DNA of 49,849 nucleotides from Catajapyx aquilonaris (lineage: Eukaryota), in NCBI GenBank assembly GCA_000934665.2, contig KZ538745.1, positions 1-49,849 of the forward strand, read 5' to 3'. Position numbers and translations under genes: made by a program. Positions within the stretch are counted from its first letter, which is position 1, and each line of letters starts with the position of its first letter. The notes beneath the pieces were generated by a model that searched no databases, was not told where the DNA came from, and worked only from the letters and a program-made list of their open reading frames with translations. Shown piece after piece: positions 23,834 through 36,459 of this stretch.

Positions 23834-24071
23834 TGGGGAGGCGAAGTGGTGCTGCGGTAACGTACGCGCCCACGGATATTAAGGTCCCGGGTTCGATCCC
23901 AGCCTGGGGACACCCCCTTCACCTCGTGCAGAGTTGGGTCGTCTCTGGCTTTGTCTCGGGTGGAAATTTCCAGTAGACTAATCCACCCGGGGGAGTTCAC
24001 AAAATGACCAATATAGGACATTGCACTTACACTGTGCCCATCCCCTCCTACTTACCCTTGGAACAATTAAA
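23834..24071 (+). mobile_element. Diverged tRNA-derived SINE related to family A
   Basis: GGGGAGGCG..GTGG start, B-box GGTTCGATCCC followed by GCCTGGGGA, shared GACATTGCACT; no clear TSD. Confidence 0.7.
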
Positions 24072-25063
24072 ACATACACATTATGTACGGTTCGAAACAT
24101 GGCGGTATCCCACTCCCCTAACAAGGGCCCAGGGCCCGATAATGGTGTACAGTACAAACAAAACAAACTACTGAAAGGTACTGTGCAAAAGTAACTGTTT
24201 CATGATAAGCAGCAATAGTGCCAAAAAGATGCAACAGCAATCTGACAAATATTTGGACTCACCCTGTACGAAGCAGACCTCTAGTGATGACATCTGATCC
24301 AATATGGCCTTTCTTTATTCTGCATGCTGAAGTTAAAGGGCATGAAAGGGTATTTATGATGGTTACAATTGCGCAACATATGGAGGTAGTATATTAACCC
24401 AGTAGTACATGTGTACGTATATAATACACTTATAATCCGAACATATGTATTCCGCGATGATGAAGTGGTTGATGATGTTGTTGAATTTCCCACGACTGGC
24501 ACCGATTTATACTTAGTCGGAAGTTGGCACATGACCATTATGTTACTAGACTTCAATAGGTGGTCTAAACGTGCTGAAGTTTCACAAACGTCAAAATCAC
24601 CAAGGCACAACACATCACTTTTTCCCTTCCATTCCAACAGCCATTACAGCAATCCACGAATGGAGAAGGTAACGCCCTTCATGGCCACGACTGCTCACAC
24701 TACAAATGCTGCATGCTACTCTGACGACCAGTACGTTAAATTCACTCCTCTCAAGTAGAAGTTGTTGAAGGGGACAGAGAAGTGCTTCAGGTCATGCCAC
24801 TGGTCACCTGAATGTAAAAACTAATCAGAAATTAATTGGAAAATGGATCGGAAAATAAGCTGCAGGGTCAGGGCAGGGTCAGGTCAAGTTGATAGATTTT
24901 CTGTTGTAGACAAGTTTCACCATACTTCCACTTGCAAATACATGATTAAATGCACATGAGAGGAGTGATAAATATCTCACCTGCTTTGTCTCTGCACTTG
25001 GGTTTAGGTTTCTGATTCGCACGTCCATATCACTGCAATGGTGTCGATCAAGTCCAGTTGATT

Positions 25064-28000
25064 TCATGACTTGGCCTTACCAAATCTGAGACACAAAATA
25101 TTCCTTACATTACACAATAAGCAGTCATGTCCAGTGACAAAATATAAGGCTATTTTACAGTGATTTCAGTATACATATTTTTGCAGTAGGCCTCATGCAT
25201 ATTATTTCGCCCCACCCAGATATTACAAAAATGCTCTCACCTGTTAAATCTGTCAGCAATCTTTTCCTGCAACAATCGGTATGGATTTTGGCTCTCTGAC
25301 TCTGCCCTGGGGATGCCAAGAAAGCGCCGGATCTTGGGTGACATGAACACCAGGTTCTGCACCAGACCAAACACACTTGATGTTGTCCAGTATAAACACA
25401 TGCACTGTTGAAAAAAATAAACAAGTATTATTCAAATGTGCTTTTTTTTTTTACAGTGATGAAACACATTCCATCCCTAAGGCAATGCTCACCGCAGGAA
25501 CACTAGCTCCTATTGGAACCATCAGGACGCTGAGGCCTCGATGAAAGTGTGTGGTCCATCGCTTCACCTTACTTGGCGGTTTCTTATGGTCATGCAGCAT
25601 TACTTGGCACTAGAATAGAATAAATGCAACGATAACTACGGTATGTATAGTGAAATACAAGTATATTGCTCTGTGATAATGCATCCACACAACGGCAAAT
25701 AGCGCCATCCCAGTGCTTCTCGCCAATAACACTGTGCACCACGATATTTGTCCATGGGACTTCATTGCTAGTATTCCTTAGGTCACTCGTAACTCATGAC
25801 ATTTCATTTTGTCCGACCTTTGTTTTAGACCTAGGGGCATTATTCAAAAAACCAGAGTCCTTGAAATATTGGTGTCATGCCGAATCAAGTGGGCCGAAAT
25901 TCTGCTCGACCATCACGGATTTTGGTGAAAAATAAATAAATCACATACACACCTATGCCAGCCTATTTCATAATACTTAATATCTAGTTTCAGCGACATT
26001 TTGCAATGCAATGAGAGTGAGGAGGGGAAAATTGGCGAATGTTTGGAAAGGGCCTGAAATGAGGCCTTTTTGGAGATTTTTTTTTCCGGTTTGTGGAAGT
26101 GGTAAAAGTCCAATAAACATAATATAATTATATCAAATGAAAGAAAAGGACCAAGAGAATGCACCAATGAAATTCGCTTTCCTTAAAAATGTAACCAGAA
26201 TAATTGGCGTGGCATTCCACCAGTCACATGTGTCCACAAATTTGGGCCCCCAAAATTAGTGGGTAAATCTGCGAATATTTTCTTGCGAGCCATGGATGAA
26301 CCAGACTTAAAACTTAACATATTAAACATTGTGTGGGGCACAACTCCTGTCACCAAATGTGGCTGCTCTTACGCAAATATATCACTAATTGTTGGGGTCA
26401 AAATATTTGGACATGTGACTGAGCATGTGACCAATGTAATGCCACGCATATTTTTCTGGTCACATTTTAGAGGAAACCAAATTCTACAGGCGCATTGTCC
26501 TCGTATTTCTCTTTCATTTGATGTATGGTTTCAGGGGGATTTGATGTATGGTGATTGGATTTTGACTATTTCCACTAATCAAAAAAAAAAAAAAAACTCA
26601 TAATTTTCATCCCCTTCCACAATTTCGACATTTCTTTTCTTCCCATGGCCTTGCACAATATGTCTCAAACTTGACATGTAGGGTTATGTCTGGTTACCCC
26701 ATAGGTGTGTACAGCTAACAGAGTTTATTGGGCGATATAGACTAAAAAAAAGGCCCTCCGCCCATTCCTACAAGGATAAGAACAACACTATAAAAATTAA
26801 AATGTTTGGTCCTCCATCTCAGTCCCAGCACTCGTCCGTCCCACAGTGCCAGGCCCCGAACCACCAGCCCTTTCCTCCTCTTCACCGTCATCACCAGTTC
26901 ATCTCCCCAAGCGCCACTACACCTTGTCCTCAGCCATCTCTGCCAGCCCAAACTGCTCCGTCGTATCTCGAGTCACTCTCTCCTGGCTAGGAGACATCGG
27001 GCTCCACATCCTGTCGTTGCCCCCAGTTGCGGCCGGCATTCAGCTCAGTTAGAAGACGGTCAGCTGCCAGGCAAAAGTTGTTGAAAATAGGCAGCGTAGT
27101 GGTGGTGACCAGAGCCTCCCTAGAGCAGGGCCATCCAAGCCTCTTTGACACAGCCGTACGTCGTAACATGCTATGGGCTTTGGCTATTTCAGGTAGGAAG
27201 CAGTCCCATATGATGTGCGCAGCTGATTTCTCGCCCCTCTCACATTGACGCCTCATCCCAGACGGATCGTCCTCTTCGCCCTCCTGTCCCCCTCCCCCAT
27301 CTGCTCTTCTTCCCAGATGGAATCAGCAGAGGTAGGGTTTATATGGTCCATGACCCGATATCAGCCAGATGGCCATGGATATGTCTCCGGGTCGATACGG
27401 TAGGGAAGAACGCAAAGTACCACGAGTCCCTCTGCCGCTCACACTCACTCTGCCTGGATGATAATTTCCAACTCAATGTCGAAGATCCCCGTTTGAGTAG
27501 CAAAGGGGATGCTTTCACAGGCGACAACCCGCAAGCCAGCATCCACGGTCACCACGGCTCCTCCAGCTTCATGACCAAACCGTCCGTGAAGTAGAGGTGG
27601 TCCACTCCGATTGGCGTCCCATCCCACGTCCCGATGTTAGGTCTGCTCCACTCCCACGGTGGCAGGATGTCGCGCACAGGGACCAGGATCCTCACCAACC
27701 CCCTCACTGCTTCAGCGCTGATAGTCCTACGCGCCTCCCAAATGGCCAAATGTCTGTGGCCCAAGACTGTCGTCCTTCGTACTCGCATGTAGTGCATTTC
27801 GGGGGTTCCTTTGTGTCGCAGACATGAGTCTTGTGGTTCCCGCACAATGGGAGCAGCGTGGGGGGTTGTTGCACCAACGGAATGAATGTCCATATCTGCA
27901 GCACCTATCAGAGGCAATCAGCTCTTCCGCTCTGCGGATAACGAAATCCACTTTTAGGCATCCTTCAGCTACCACCCGGTGAAACAGTACAGGCGACGTC

Positions 28001-31000
28001 TCAGTATAAAGTTATCACGATCCTTATTTTTAAGGCACTGCATCTGTTTAACGATCATCAAGTGTTCCTCAACTGGGGTCAGCCTCTCCAAGAGCTCTCC
28101 ATTGCACTTCTGCAGCTTCGTAACTACCGTCTCCTTCGTGTATCCGTTATCCACTCCCGTCAATAGTATTCTCGGACAGACCTTCTCAACAGTCCGGACA
28201 GAGATCCCCGGCGTTTAACGTAGGGCCTGTGTCACAACGTCTTGCTGGGTCGAGAAGCTACAGGCGATCCTCACCCCCTTAATTCGCCTTTGTTATGGCC
28301 CGAAAGCCCTCCTGGAGCACGGCTTCTGGCAGAACCTCTCGAAGTCGCTGCTTCGCCCCTGCCTGCGAAATCTCTTCCTCCCCCTCAAAGGACACAATCA
28401 AAGGGTGCTGGGTGCTGGGCGGCGCACCTACCACTAATAGGCCATTTGTCCCAGACCCACCATTTGTGCGTACGTATGTTGCTGAGCCATTCCGTCATTC
28501 AAAGGCCGAAGCTGTAGCTCCACCCAGATCTCCGCCTCCTTCTCCAGCTCCGCCACCCGACCTTCCAGCTGTCAATGGCCAACTCCTTCCGAGATGATCT
28601 AGCAACATCGATTTGGAAAGACCGGCTATATTTCGAGGACTTTGGTTTTCTGACTGCCCCAAGCTAAAAGAAAAAAAACAATGCTCAGACAAAATTAATG
28701 GTGATTATATGTTACGAGTGCCCCAAGGAACATAGAAATGCCATGAATACCTGTGGACAAAAAGGTTGATTTTTGTTACATACCGGTAGTGTAAAGATCA
28801 TACATATAAAGAATATTATTTTTATTTCCGCTGTCCGGAGACAGCTCATTTACTTTAACAGAGAGTGCTCAGTGGGGGGCCCTTCAAGTGGCGCCCAGGG
28901 AATGTGCCATTACTTGTCATACCCTAGTTACGCCTCTGTTCCACACATATCTCATTAGTGGATCTCAGGAACTAAGTTCCAGCTGAAAATGCACTATACG
29001 TACTCTTAAGAGTACTACCATTGGATTAAAGTAACAAATGTAAACCCAAATTAGGTGGGTGGTTTTTTGATTAGTGTTACTGGAATTGGGGGGAATAAAA
29101 ACTGTTGTTGTCTTTTGAGGGACAAGGCATTACAATTTGCACGGTGGAGTATCCCAACTACGACCTAGGAATATCTCTCGGTGCACATCTGGCAAGAAAA
29201 GCTGGCATTCAAATTTCAAAAGACACAACATGTGGCGAACCCATGTATCTTGCCAGTGTTAATTTTTTTTCTTTTACACAATAACACTCAAATAAGAGGT
29301 ACATTATTCTCCCCATCTGGCAATGCCAATCACTACAGTTTAAGCTTATTATATAGAGAAATTCTAGCGCCAGAGCCACAAAGCAATATAAGTGACCACC
29401 CCACATCTTTACAAAAGGCAGCAGTACAATCAGCTGGTGTAAACCATTATTCTTTTTGCCACCATGAGGATGGCCAGGCTAAATTCTGCTGCAAGCTTAC
29501 TCCTTTCCAAATATGGCACATGGCCCACTTCTCATAAAACACAATAATGAAGGAACAAATGTTAGAAAAATGTTAATAATACCCACTAAAAAAATCTTAA
29601 AGCAGCTGAAATTAATTCATCAGCACACATGGCTGAGATGGCTCACCTCAACAATGGCCAAATTGGCAATTCCCAGCATCAATGGCATCGTCAGTGATGG
29701 ATCAGGAACTGCCAGGTTTGGCATCAGTCCAAATCCGCCTACTGTCAGTGTCAGGTACAGAAGTTGAGCAGCTGGAAAGGAACATGGGCCATAAGACTTG
29801 AGAAGCATTTAATATTATGTTAAGTGCAATGACAGGCCTTTCAAAATTGAGTCAATGACATTGCAGAAATGTGAGTCCAACTGAAGTGTCATTTGTTGTT
29901 TAAAACCAAGCGCATTTAAAAAATGAAGAAGTTCAATTATTTCCTATACAGTAAAAGTGCATATTTTGATAAAAGTCCAAAATTTCATGTATCCACAACC
30001 TCGGGGGGAAAAAATCCCTGGCTTTTACAACACTACGTCAAATGAAGAGCCAAATTGGCTAAAGTTAGGATCTCATAAGGGCTAATTTTTCCAAGATGAT
30101 TTTAAATAGTTTTAATGATCATACCTGTGTCTTGGCTTGGCATCATGAAGGCCATGTTCCTAAGCGACATGGACATGCAAATCCACAGCGGAAGCTGGAC
30201 CAGCACCAGAATCCCAGCCTTCATAGGGTGGCAGTTATCACGAACTATCAGCTTTTGCCACTGTTTTTTGAGCTACACGGAAAACAAGATTTTAACCAGT
30301 CTCATTTGAAGCAAAAATGACAGCATCTCAAGAATCCTTCAAGTGAGTCGGAGAGAATAAAAAGGCCTCGAGATTACATTTTTCAAAAATTGGGATATTT
30401 GTTGGTGTGGTACATATTCTGCAGGATATTGACTGGAAAAGTAAGTTTTACTTGACTTCCATAGGTTTAGGATGAAGCGTTTCACTTGTATTTCCAGTAG
30501 ATCTTGCCTATTTTCATTCTCACAGACTCAATTGAATATTGTTCCGTAACACTGCCGTCAGATATGTCAATCACATACCGATCTTTTATACACAACCATG
30601 GCTTGCTGCTGGGTCCACTGAAATTTCTTCATGGCATATGCTGTCTCCTTCTTGAGCTCTGGTACCAATTCCTTCAATTCCAATTGAATGTTCTCCACTC
30701 GAGCCAGGATTTTCGCCTGAAAACATACCTCATGTCAGTACAATAGATATTATTACATGATGCAGAGCAATTACTATTAAACAGGTGGAAATGGAAATTT
30801 CTTGACTGCATGCAATGTTTAGTTTATTTTAGATTATCCCGCAGGTGTGTGAATTTTTTTCCTTGTTATGGGAGGGGGCAACGAAGAATCCCTGCTGATA
30901 TGGGATTGACATGGAAGGAATGAAAGCACAAGTGAAAGGCTATGTCTCAGTTCAATACACCATTTTGGATTAAGCAGAAAAGTAATCAATCACGTGAATT

Positions 31001-31443
31001 TCAAGTTTTTTTGATCAGCAAAAAATTTAACCTCCCTTCACTTATCAACTTTAAAAGTGCCATAAAAAAATGTATGGCTGACGTATACAAGGAATGGATC
31101 AGTTTATGAAATTTTAAATTTTAAAATACAAACACGGCCACTATACCTGGTACACAACAATTGGAAGTGTGACAACTGCCCTGAGGATTATTGTCGAGAT
31201 CATGATGCTGCCCCACCATGGGAGCCCAGTGGAATCGTGCACAAACTCGAGCCATTGTTGTGATGCAGCCACTGCCTTAGACTCAGACAGGCTACGGAAC
31301 CAGCCAGCCTCTGTTTGCAGGACTGACTGTACAGTTTCCTTCACTGAGAAAGCCCTTGCATGTAGTAGCACTGGATGTGGAGGCAGACCTGGCAACACAA
31401 GCCTGTGCAGCTGGCATCGGCCCAGTAGTCGGATCCCATTCAT
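25064..31443 (-). CDS. COX18: Cytochrome c oxidase assembly protein COX18 (Oxa1/YidC family), 7 coding exons, ~336 aa
   Basis: Exons 31443-31147, 30716-30579, 30272-30125, 29771-29647, 25609-25493, 25404-25241, 25085-25064 join in frame (1011 nt). Motifs VHDSTGLPWWGSIMISTIILRAVVTLP, ILARVENIQLE, LIVRDNCHPMKA..LVLVQLPLWI, GGFGLMPNLAVPD, LYWTTSSVFGLVQNL. Confidence 0.93.
25915..26720. mobile_element. Old foldback/DNA-transposon-like repeat in COX18 intron 4
   Basis: 26030-26280 and 26370-26680 are mutually reverse-complementary (ATCAAATGAAAGAAAAG / TCTCTTTCATTTGAT; CAGTCACATGT / ACATGTGACTG); homologous to 15622-15930. Confidence 0.65.
26760..28600 (-). mobile_element. Degenerate, internally deleted non-LTR retrotransposon (R1/LOA/I-like) in COX18 intron 4
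   Basis: Gag-like knuckles CCRYGHSFRWC, RCSHCAG..HKTHVC, PKCTTC; then an RNase H-like start (LYFTDG) and a C-terminal knuckle (QCERGEKSAAHIIWDC); frameshifts; no endonuclease or RT core seen. Boundaries approximate. Confidence 0.75.
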
Positions 31444-32485
31444 TTCTTCAAGTCTATTCTGAAAGGCACAGAACAATAAAAATTCATAAGTTTCTCAATA
31501 TACATGCCACTACGTATAAACTCTCAAGCCCAGATAATGTTTCCTTTTCAATTGCATGCTTTCTAGCCTTCTGCTTCGGGAAATGCTTTCTAGCAGATTC
31601 TAAATGGGGAATTTAGAGAAATTATAGATTCTGCCATACATGGAGATATCTTAAATTAGTTTTATGTGCCACCACCAGTTTTCTTGATAATTTCAGCTGT
31701 TATTTTCTTGAAGAATTTCACCAAAAAATGAAAGAAAACTTTTGTGTCATAAGCCAGTCGGCTGACATCGCAGCAGTATTGAGCGCATAATTGGTTTGAG
31801 TCATTTGACATAAGATTACGCCATAAATTAAAATTTTGCTGCCAAGAAGTCACTATCAGAATTTTGGTGTCAGCTCTAAACGGTGAATACTAAAAAATTT
31901 TGTCAAACAAAGATCTTTGCAGCAACTTATGTGAATCAAGGTTCTCTGCATATCTATATAATTTGCCTCCACACGCTAATACTGTCTGTTGTGTGCTTGT
32001 GGCATAGACAAACATACCATGTATGGCACGACAGATGGCAGATGTTTTATGAGGTGAAGCAATGTGCATATGGCATAATGCTTCATGAACTTCTGGTACA
32101 ACACGCAGCTACCTCATAAAACATCTGCATAGAGATTATGATCGTCTAGTTTCTAGTAGTAGACTAATGTCAATTAAACACCAGAGTGTAGGAATTTAAG
32201 GTGTATTCACTTTGGGGAAAAATAGTGGAGTTCTATGTACACAGATTGAAAGCTTCCCCGGCCTAGTTACTGAGATAATTGGCATTAAATACAGGTGTTA
32301 CATGTAGACATGTCAAAAACAAGTTCTGTCCCTCTAAAGCCTAATTTTTTTCCCTCAATTAAATTCCTATAAACACCTGACGAGCATAATTAATATTCAT
32401 GTAAATATAATTATCCGACTTAATATTCGCGGTCAGCGATCCGGATATTACACGTACGCGGCTATCATCTCATCCCTGCGCGCTG

Positions 32486-32568
32486 ATTGGGCCCCACAAA
32501 AACGCTCGATAATCCGCAATTTACACAAACCGATCACAAAGAGCGCATGCGCCACACAATGTCATTGG
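32486..32568. promoter_or_regulatory. Candidate promoter elements between COX18 and gcl: NRF1/Ewg site flanked by two CCAAT boxes
   Basis: GCGCATGCGC at 32543-32552; ATTGG at 32486-32490 and 32564-32568. Confidence 0.55.
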
Positions 32569-32676
32569 TCAGCCAGTTAATATTTTTTTAAACTTTTTAA
32601 TTAACTGTAAAAATGTGGTGCGACATAATTAGTATTTAACTTAACTGTCGGTGTAAACGACAGCAAAAATTGGTTG

Positions 32677-33010
32677 CAAAATATATCGATATATGTTAGC
32701 ATATATCGATATATTTTGCACTTTCATTTTTGTACAAAATATATCGATATATGCTAGCATGTATCGATATATTTTGCACTTTCATTTGTACAAAATAATA
32801 TCGATATATGCTAGCATGTATCGATATATTTTGCACTTTCATTTTTGTACAAAATATATCGATATATGCTAGCATGTATCGGTATATTTTGCACTTTCAT
32901 TTGTACAAAATAATATCGATATATGCTAGCATGTATCGATATATTTTGCACTTTCATTTTTGTACAAAATATATCGATATATGCTAGCATGTATCGATAT
33001 ATTTTGCACT
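32677..33010. repeat. Minisatellite of six 56-59-bp palindromic units containing 11 TATCGATA (DRE) motifs
   Basis: Units start at 32677, 32735, 32791, 32850, 32906 and 32965; unit CAAAATATATCGATATATGCTAGCATGTATCGATATATTTTG plus spacer. Confidence 0.92.
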
Positions 33011-33180
33011 GTAATATGCATTACAGTGCCAGTGCAAAATTCATATTGCTAAATATTGGATACAAAAATTATGTACAATCTGGAACGAAATCTGTTCCAA
33101 TAATTAATCGCTTCCTGCTGAATAATATCGATAACATCGCATTTTCAACCCCTCCCCCTCCCTCCCCCCCCCCCCCCCCC

Positions 33181-33195
33181 NNNNNNNNNNNNNNN
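33181..33195. other. Assembly gap within poly-C
   Basis: Run of N. Confidence 0.99.
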
Positions 33196-33401
33196 CCCCC
33201 CCCCCCCCCCCCCCCCACTTCCCCCAGCTGGTATGTTCTGAATTTTCGAAGGTCGTGTAGGGTGGGTGGGGGCCTCGCAATTTCATTCGCACGCAAAAAA
33301 AAAAAAAACTGACAACAACAACATCGTGCTTGATCCCGAAGGTCGCTTCCCCCCACCAGAGAGCCACAAGAGCGTCGCAGTTTATACAGGAGAGGAAAAA
33401 G

Positions 33402-36400
33402 ATGGCTGGAGCATTCGTTTCCGAGCTGGTGGATCGTGTGGGTTCAGCGGTCAGCAACCTGATCGAACGGGTGGTTCGAGGGACCAAGAGGGGTCACAAC
33501 GAGGTGGACGACGCGGACGACACGGACGACGAGGCCGCCTTGGAGCACAGGGTCGTCAAGAAGTGAGCGGTCGTCGTCGTCGTTGTGACGTCACAATAAG
33601 GGGGTTTAAATGAACAAGTGACGTCACATGATTGTTGAGCATTGTGACGTCACTTGGGACAGCTGCGATGACGTCATTGGTTTGACCTACTTTCCATATA
33701 TAATGCTTGGTATTTGTACCAATGCGATGCGGGATTTCACTTGTGCTGTGGAGCGATGCCAGTCCGCACCATTGCATTTCACTGCTGATTGTTCATCGCA
33801 GCGTTGGGGAACCCCCCCTTGAAATAATATTCATGTCTCAGGGAACATCATCACACGACATTTCCCTATAATCAGAGATGACGGTATAGCCAAAAGCTAA
33901 CCCTGCATAAAAATTGTAGACCTATCAATTTACAACTCAAAAAAATGCATATTGTTTATGATTAGCCTAGATTCGATCCTCACTATTGCTCACGGAACCT
34001 CTGTTGAGATACGCTGGCTTATCGTAAATAAAAATAACATTAAAAATAAAATAAAAACAGAAAACAAAAAAAAGAGTACGAGTAAAGAATGAAATTAAAG
34101 TAAAACAAAAATTAACAAAATAGAAAATTAAAAATTAAAATAAAGAAACAAATAAAAAGTAAGAATAAAGAACGAAATAAAAATGTCAAACTAATGGCGG
34201 GGTTGCACCGGCTCTCGAAAAGATGTTTCCGCCCGGAAAGTGGAACAAATCCAATCGAATAGTTCGAAAAGTGTTTACCGCCACCCGAATTCGGTTTCCA
34301 GCCACCTTTTCGATCGAATACTTTTACCCCACCCCGAACGGGCCGCAAATAAAAAAAAATTAAAGTTAAATAGAAAAAGAATAAAATGAAAATAAACAAA
34401 AGAAAATAATGAAATGAAAATTAATTAGGACCTGCTGGATTTTTACTGCCCGTTAAGAGCCTATTTTGACTGTTTTAATGACCTAAAATAATAATGTCTA
34501 CCTATTTTGAGGGTTTTTTTAGAACCTAAAAATCTGTTCCTTACCTATTAGTTTTCATAAGCATTCAAAAACAAGCAGAAATGCTTGGTCTTTGTTACAC
34601 CGTCAGTTGGATGTCCCAGCTTTTTTTTTTCTTGGATGTAACCAGCAAGGTTGACAAACTAATTAGTGGACATGTTCACACCAAAGCGAAAAACTTATCA
34701 TGATCTGTTAATTCATGGCCCGACCCATTTTCTAGGAAGCGGCTGACATGCACCAGTGACTACATCTACAAGGCGCTGTTTGAAGATGGCCGAAACAGTG
34801 ACGTGACTTTGGTGACCCTCTGCAAAAAATGGCACCTGCACAAGGTGTACTTATCACAGGTAATTATGTCAAAACCGGTGGAATGTTCAGGTATTAACTG
34901 GCCTTTCCCATTTCAGAGCCCGTACTTCGCATCCATGTTCTCGGGAACATGGAAGGAGTCCAACGAGGAGGTGGTTCACATCGAGATTCTCGATGACCAA
35001 ATCACAATCGATGGTGTGTACTCGTATGAACAGAAACTTCTGTTAACACTTTCTAATGGTGTAATTTTTGCAGCCCTGCAGGTAGTCCTAGGCTCCCTGT
35101 ACCGTGAGCAGCTAGCTGTCGATCTCTCCTTGGTGGTTCCCATCCTGGCCGCTGCAACTCTGTTCCAGTTGGAGGGCCTCATAGAGCATTGCTGCTGCAT
35201 CATGTCCGAGTCCGTTTCCGTCGGAACGGTGGCTGACTTCTACGAGGCAGCTGTTCGATACGGGGCTGTGCAGGTCAAAGCCGCTTGCCGCAAGTGGCTG
35301 CTGCTCAACCTGCTCCCGGAGATGCCAGACCATCCGGATCAGCTGGCCCGGATACCACCAGGGCTAATGGCTGAACTAGTTGGGGAACCGGATTTGGTTG
35401 TGGTGCAGACAGAGTTCAGCTTGTATGTCCTCGTCAAGCTCTGGATCTTCTTGCGGGAGAGGGGGAAGGACAAGATGGAGGAAGAGGCTGCCACTGCAGA
35501 GAAGGAGGCGGCAGGCAGCAGCACCGACGAAGATGGAGGGCCGGGTGGAAGCAGGGTGTCAAACATGGAAACGCCAAATGATCCAGGGAAGGTGAGTGTA
35601 TCTTCGCAGGCACCAACGCCAATAATGAAATCCGCATTTCCAAACAGCCAACGCCTCCGTGGACAGGCAGTCCGCAGGAAGCCTTAAGCGAGGCACACAC
35701 CTATTTTGGGACCCCCGCGGCCAAGCGTACTTTGGCCACTATGTCGGAATTGTACGGCCCCGTGATTAAGAAGCTGCGGATCAACCATCTAACCAGCCAC
35801 CACTTGGACCTGGACATGGTCAAAGCGGACGGAATCATTCCTCGTCAGGTGCTCATGGAAAGCGTCGCCCGGAGGTGGGGCCAGCTGCTCAAGGTCGACC
35901 AAGGGGCAGACCAGGGGTGAGTTTACTGTTTTTAAAAGTACCTCCTAATGCAAATTGCCCTCACATGGTAATTTTCTTACACAGTAGACAACAATTGACA
36001 AAAATAGTTTGTGCAGATTGATTGGTAGCTAATTTCCGTACTTACCTCAACAGACCAAAGGAGGTTGATCAGACGGAGTTTGAGACGTTGAGCCTCAGAT
36101 GTGGGCGCATCCTCCCGAACAACTCCGGGCAGCAAATGTGGCGTTGGACTGGGTTCAGCTTCGGGCTAGACCTGGTGATGATCTGGGATGGCTGGTCCCT
36201 CCGGCTCAAGCGCAGCCACCGGTCGGACCACGAGGGACTGGTCAGCCACCTCCCGAGAAGGAACGTGGCCTACAGGGCGACCATCTACTCCAGGGACCCT
36301 GTGACCAAGCAGGAGCGATTCAGCCAGACGTCAGGGGTCAAGAAGGCCTGCCTGGCCAAGAATGAAGAGGTTCGGGTGTTGAAACTGAACGCGCCTGTCT

Positions 36401-36459
36401 CAGGCCCTATCCTGCTCTCTGTCAATCTCATGATTGTCAATAAGGCACAAGACAAGTGA
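33402..36459 (+). CDS. gcl: Germ cell-less protein (BTB/BACK), 6 exons, ~524 aa
   Basis: Exons 33402-33562, 34736-34859, 34917-35013, 35074-35591, 35648-35916, 36054-36459 join in frame (1575 nt). Motifs KKKRLTCTSDYIYKALFEDGRNSDV, WHLHKVYLSQSPYFASMFSGTWKES, LVVVQTEFSLY, LRCGRIL...WRWTGFSFGLDL. Confidence 0.93.
33586..33676. promoter_or_regulatory. Cluster of four perfect CRE palindromes (TGACGTCA) in gcl intron 1
   Basis: TGACGTCA at 33586, 33619, 33645 and 33669. Confidence 0.6.

Noticed and set aside
24281..24758. 118-aa and 115-aa ORFs on opposite strands
   Set aside because: No motifs or homology recognised; they lie in the probable COX18 3' UTR.
32677..33010. CRISPR-like array
   Set aside because: Spacers are near-identical, the context is eukaryotic and there are no cas genes; it is a minisatellite.
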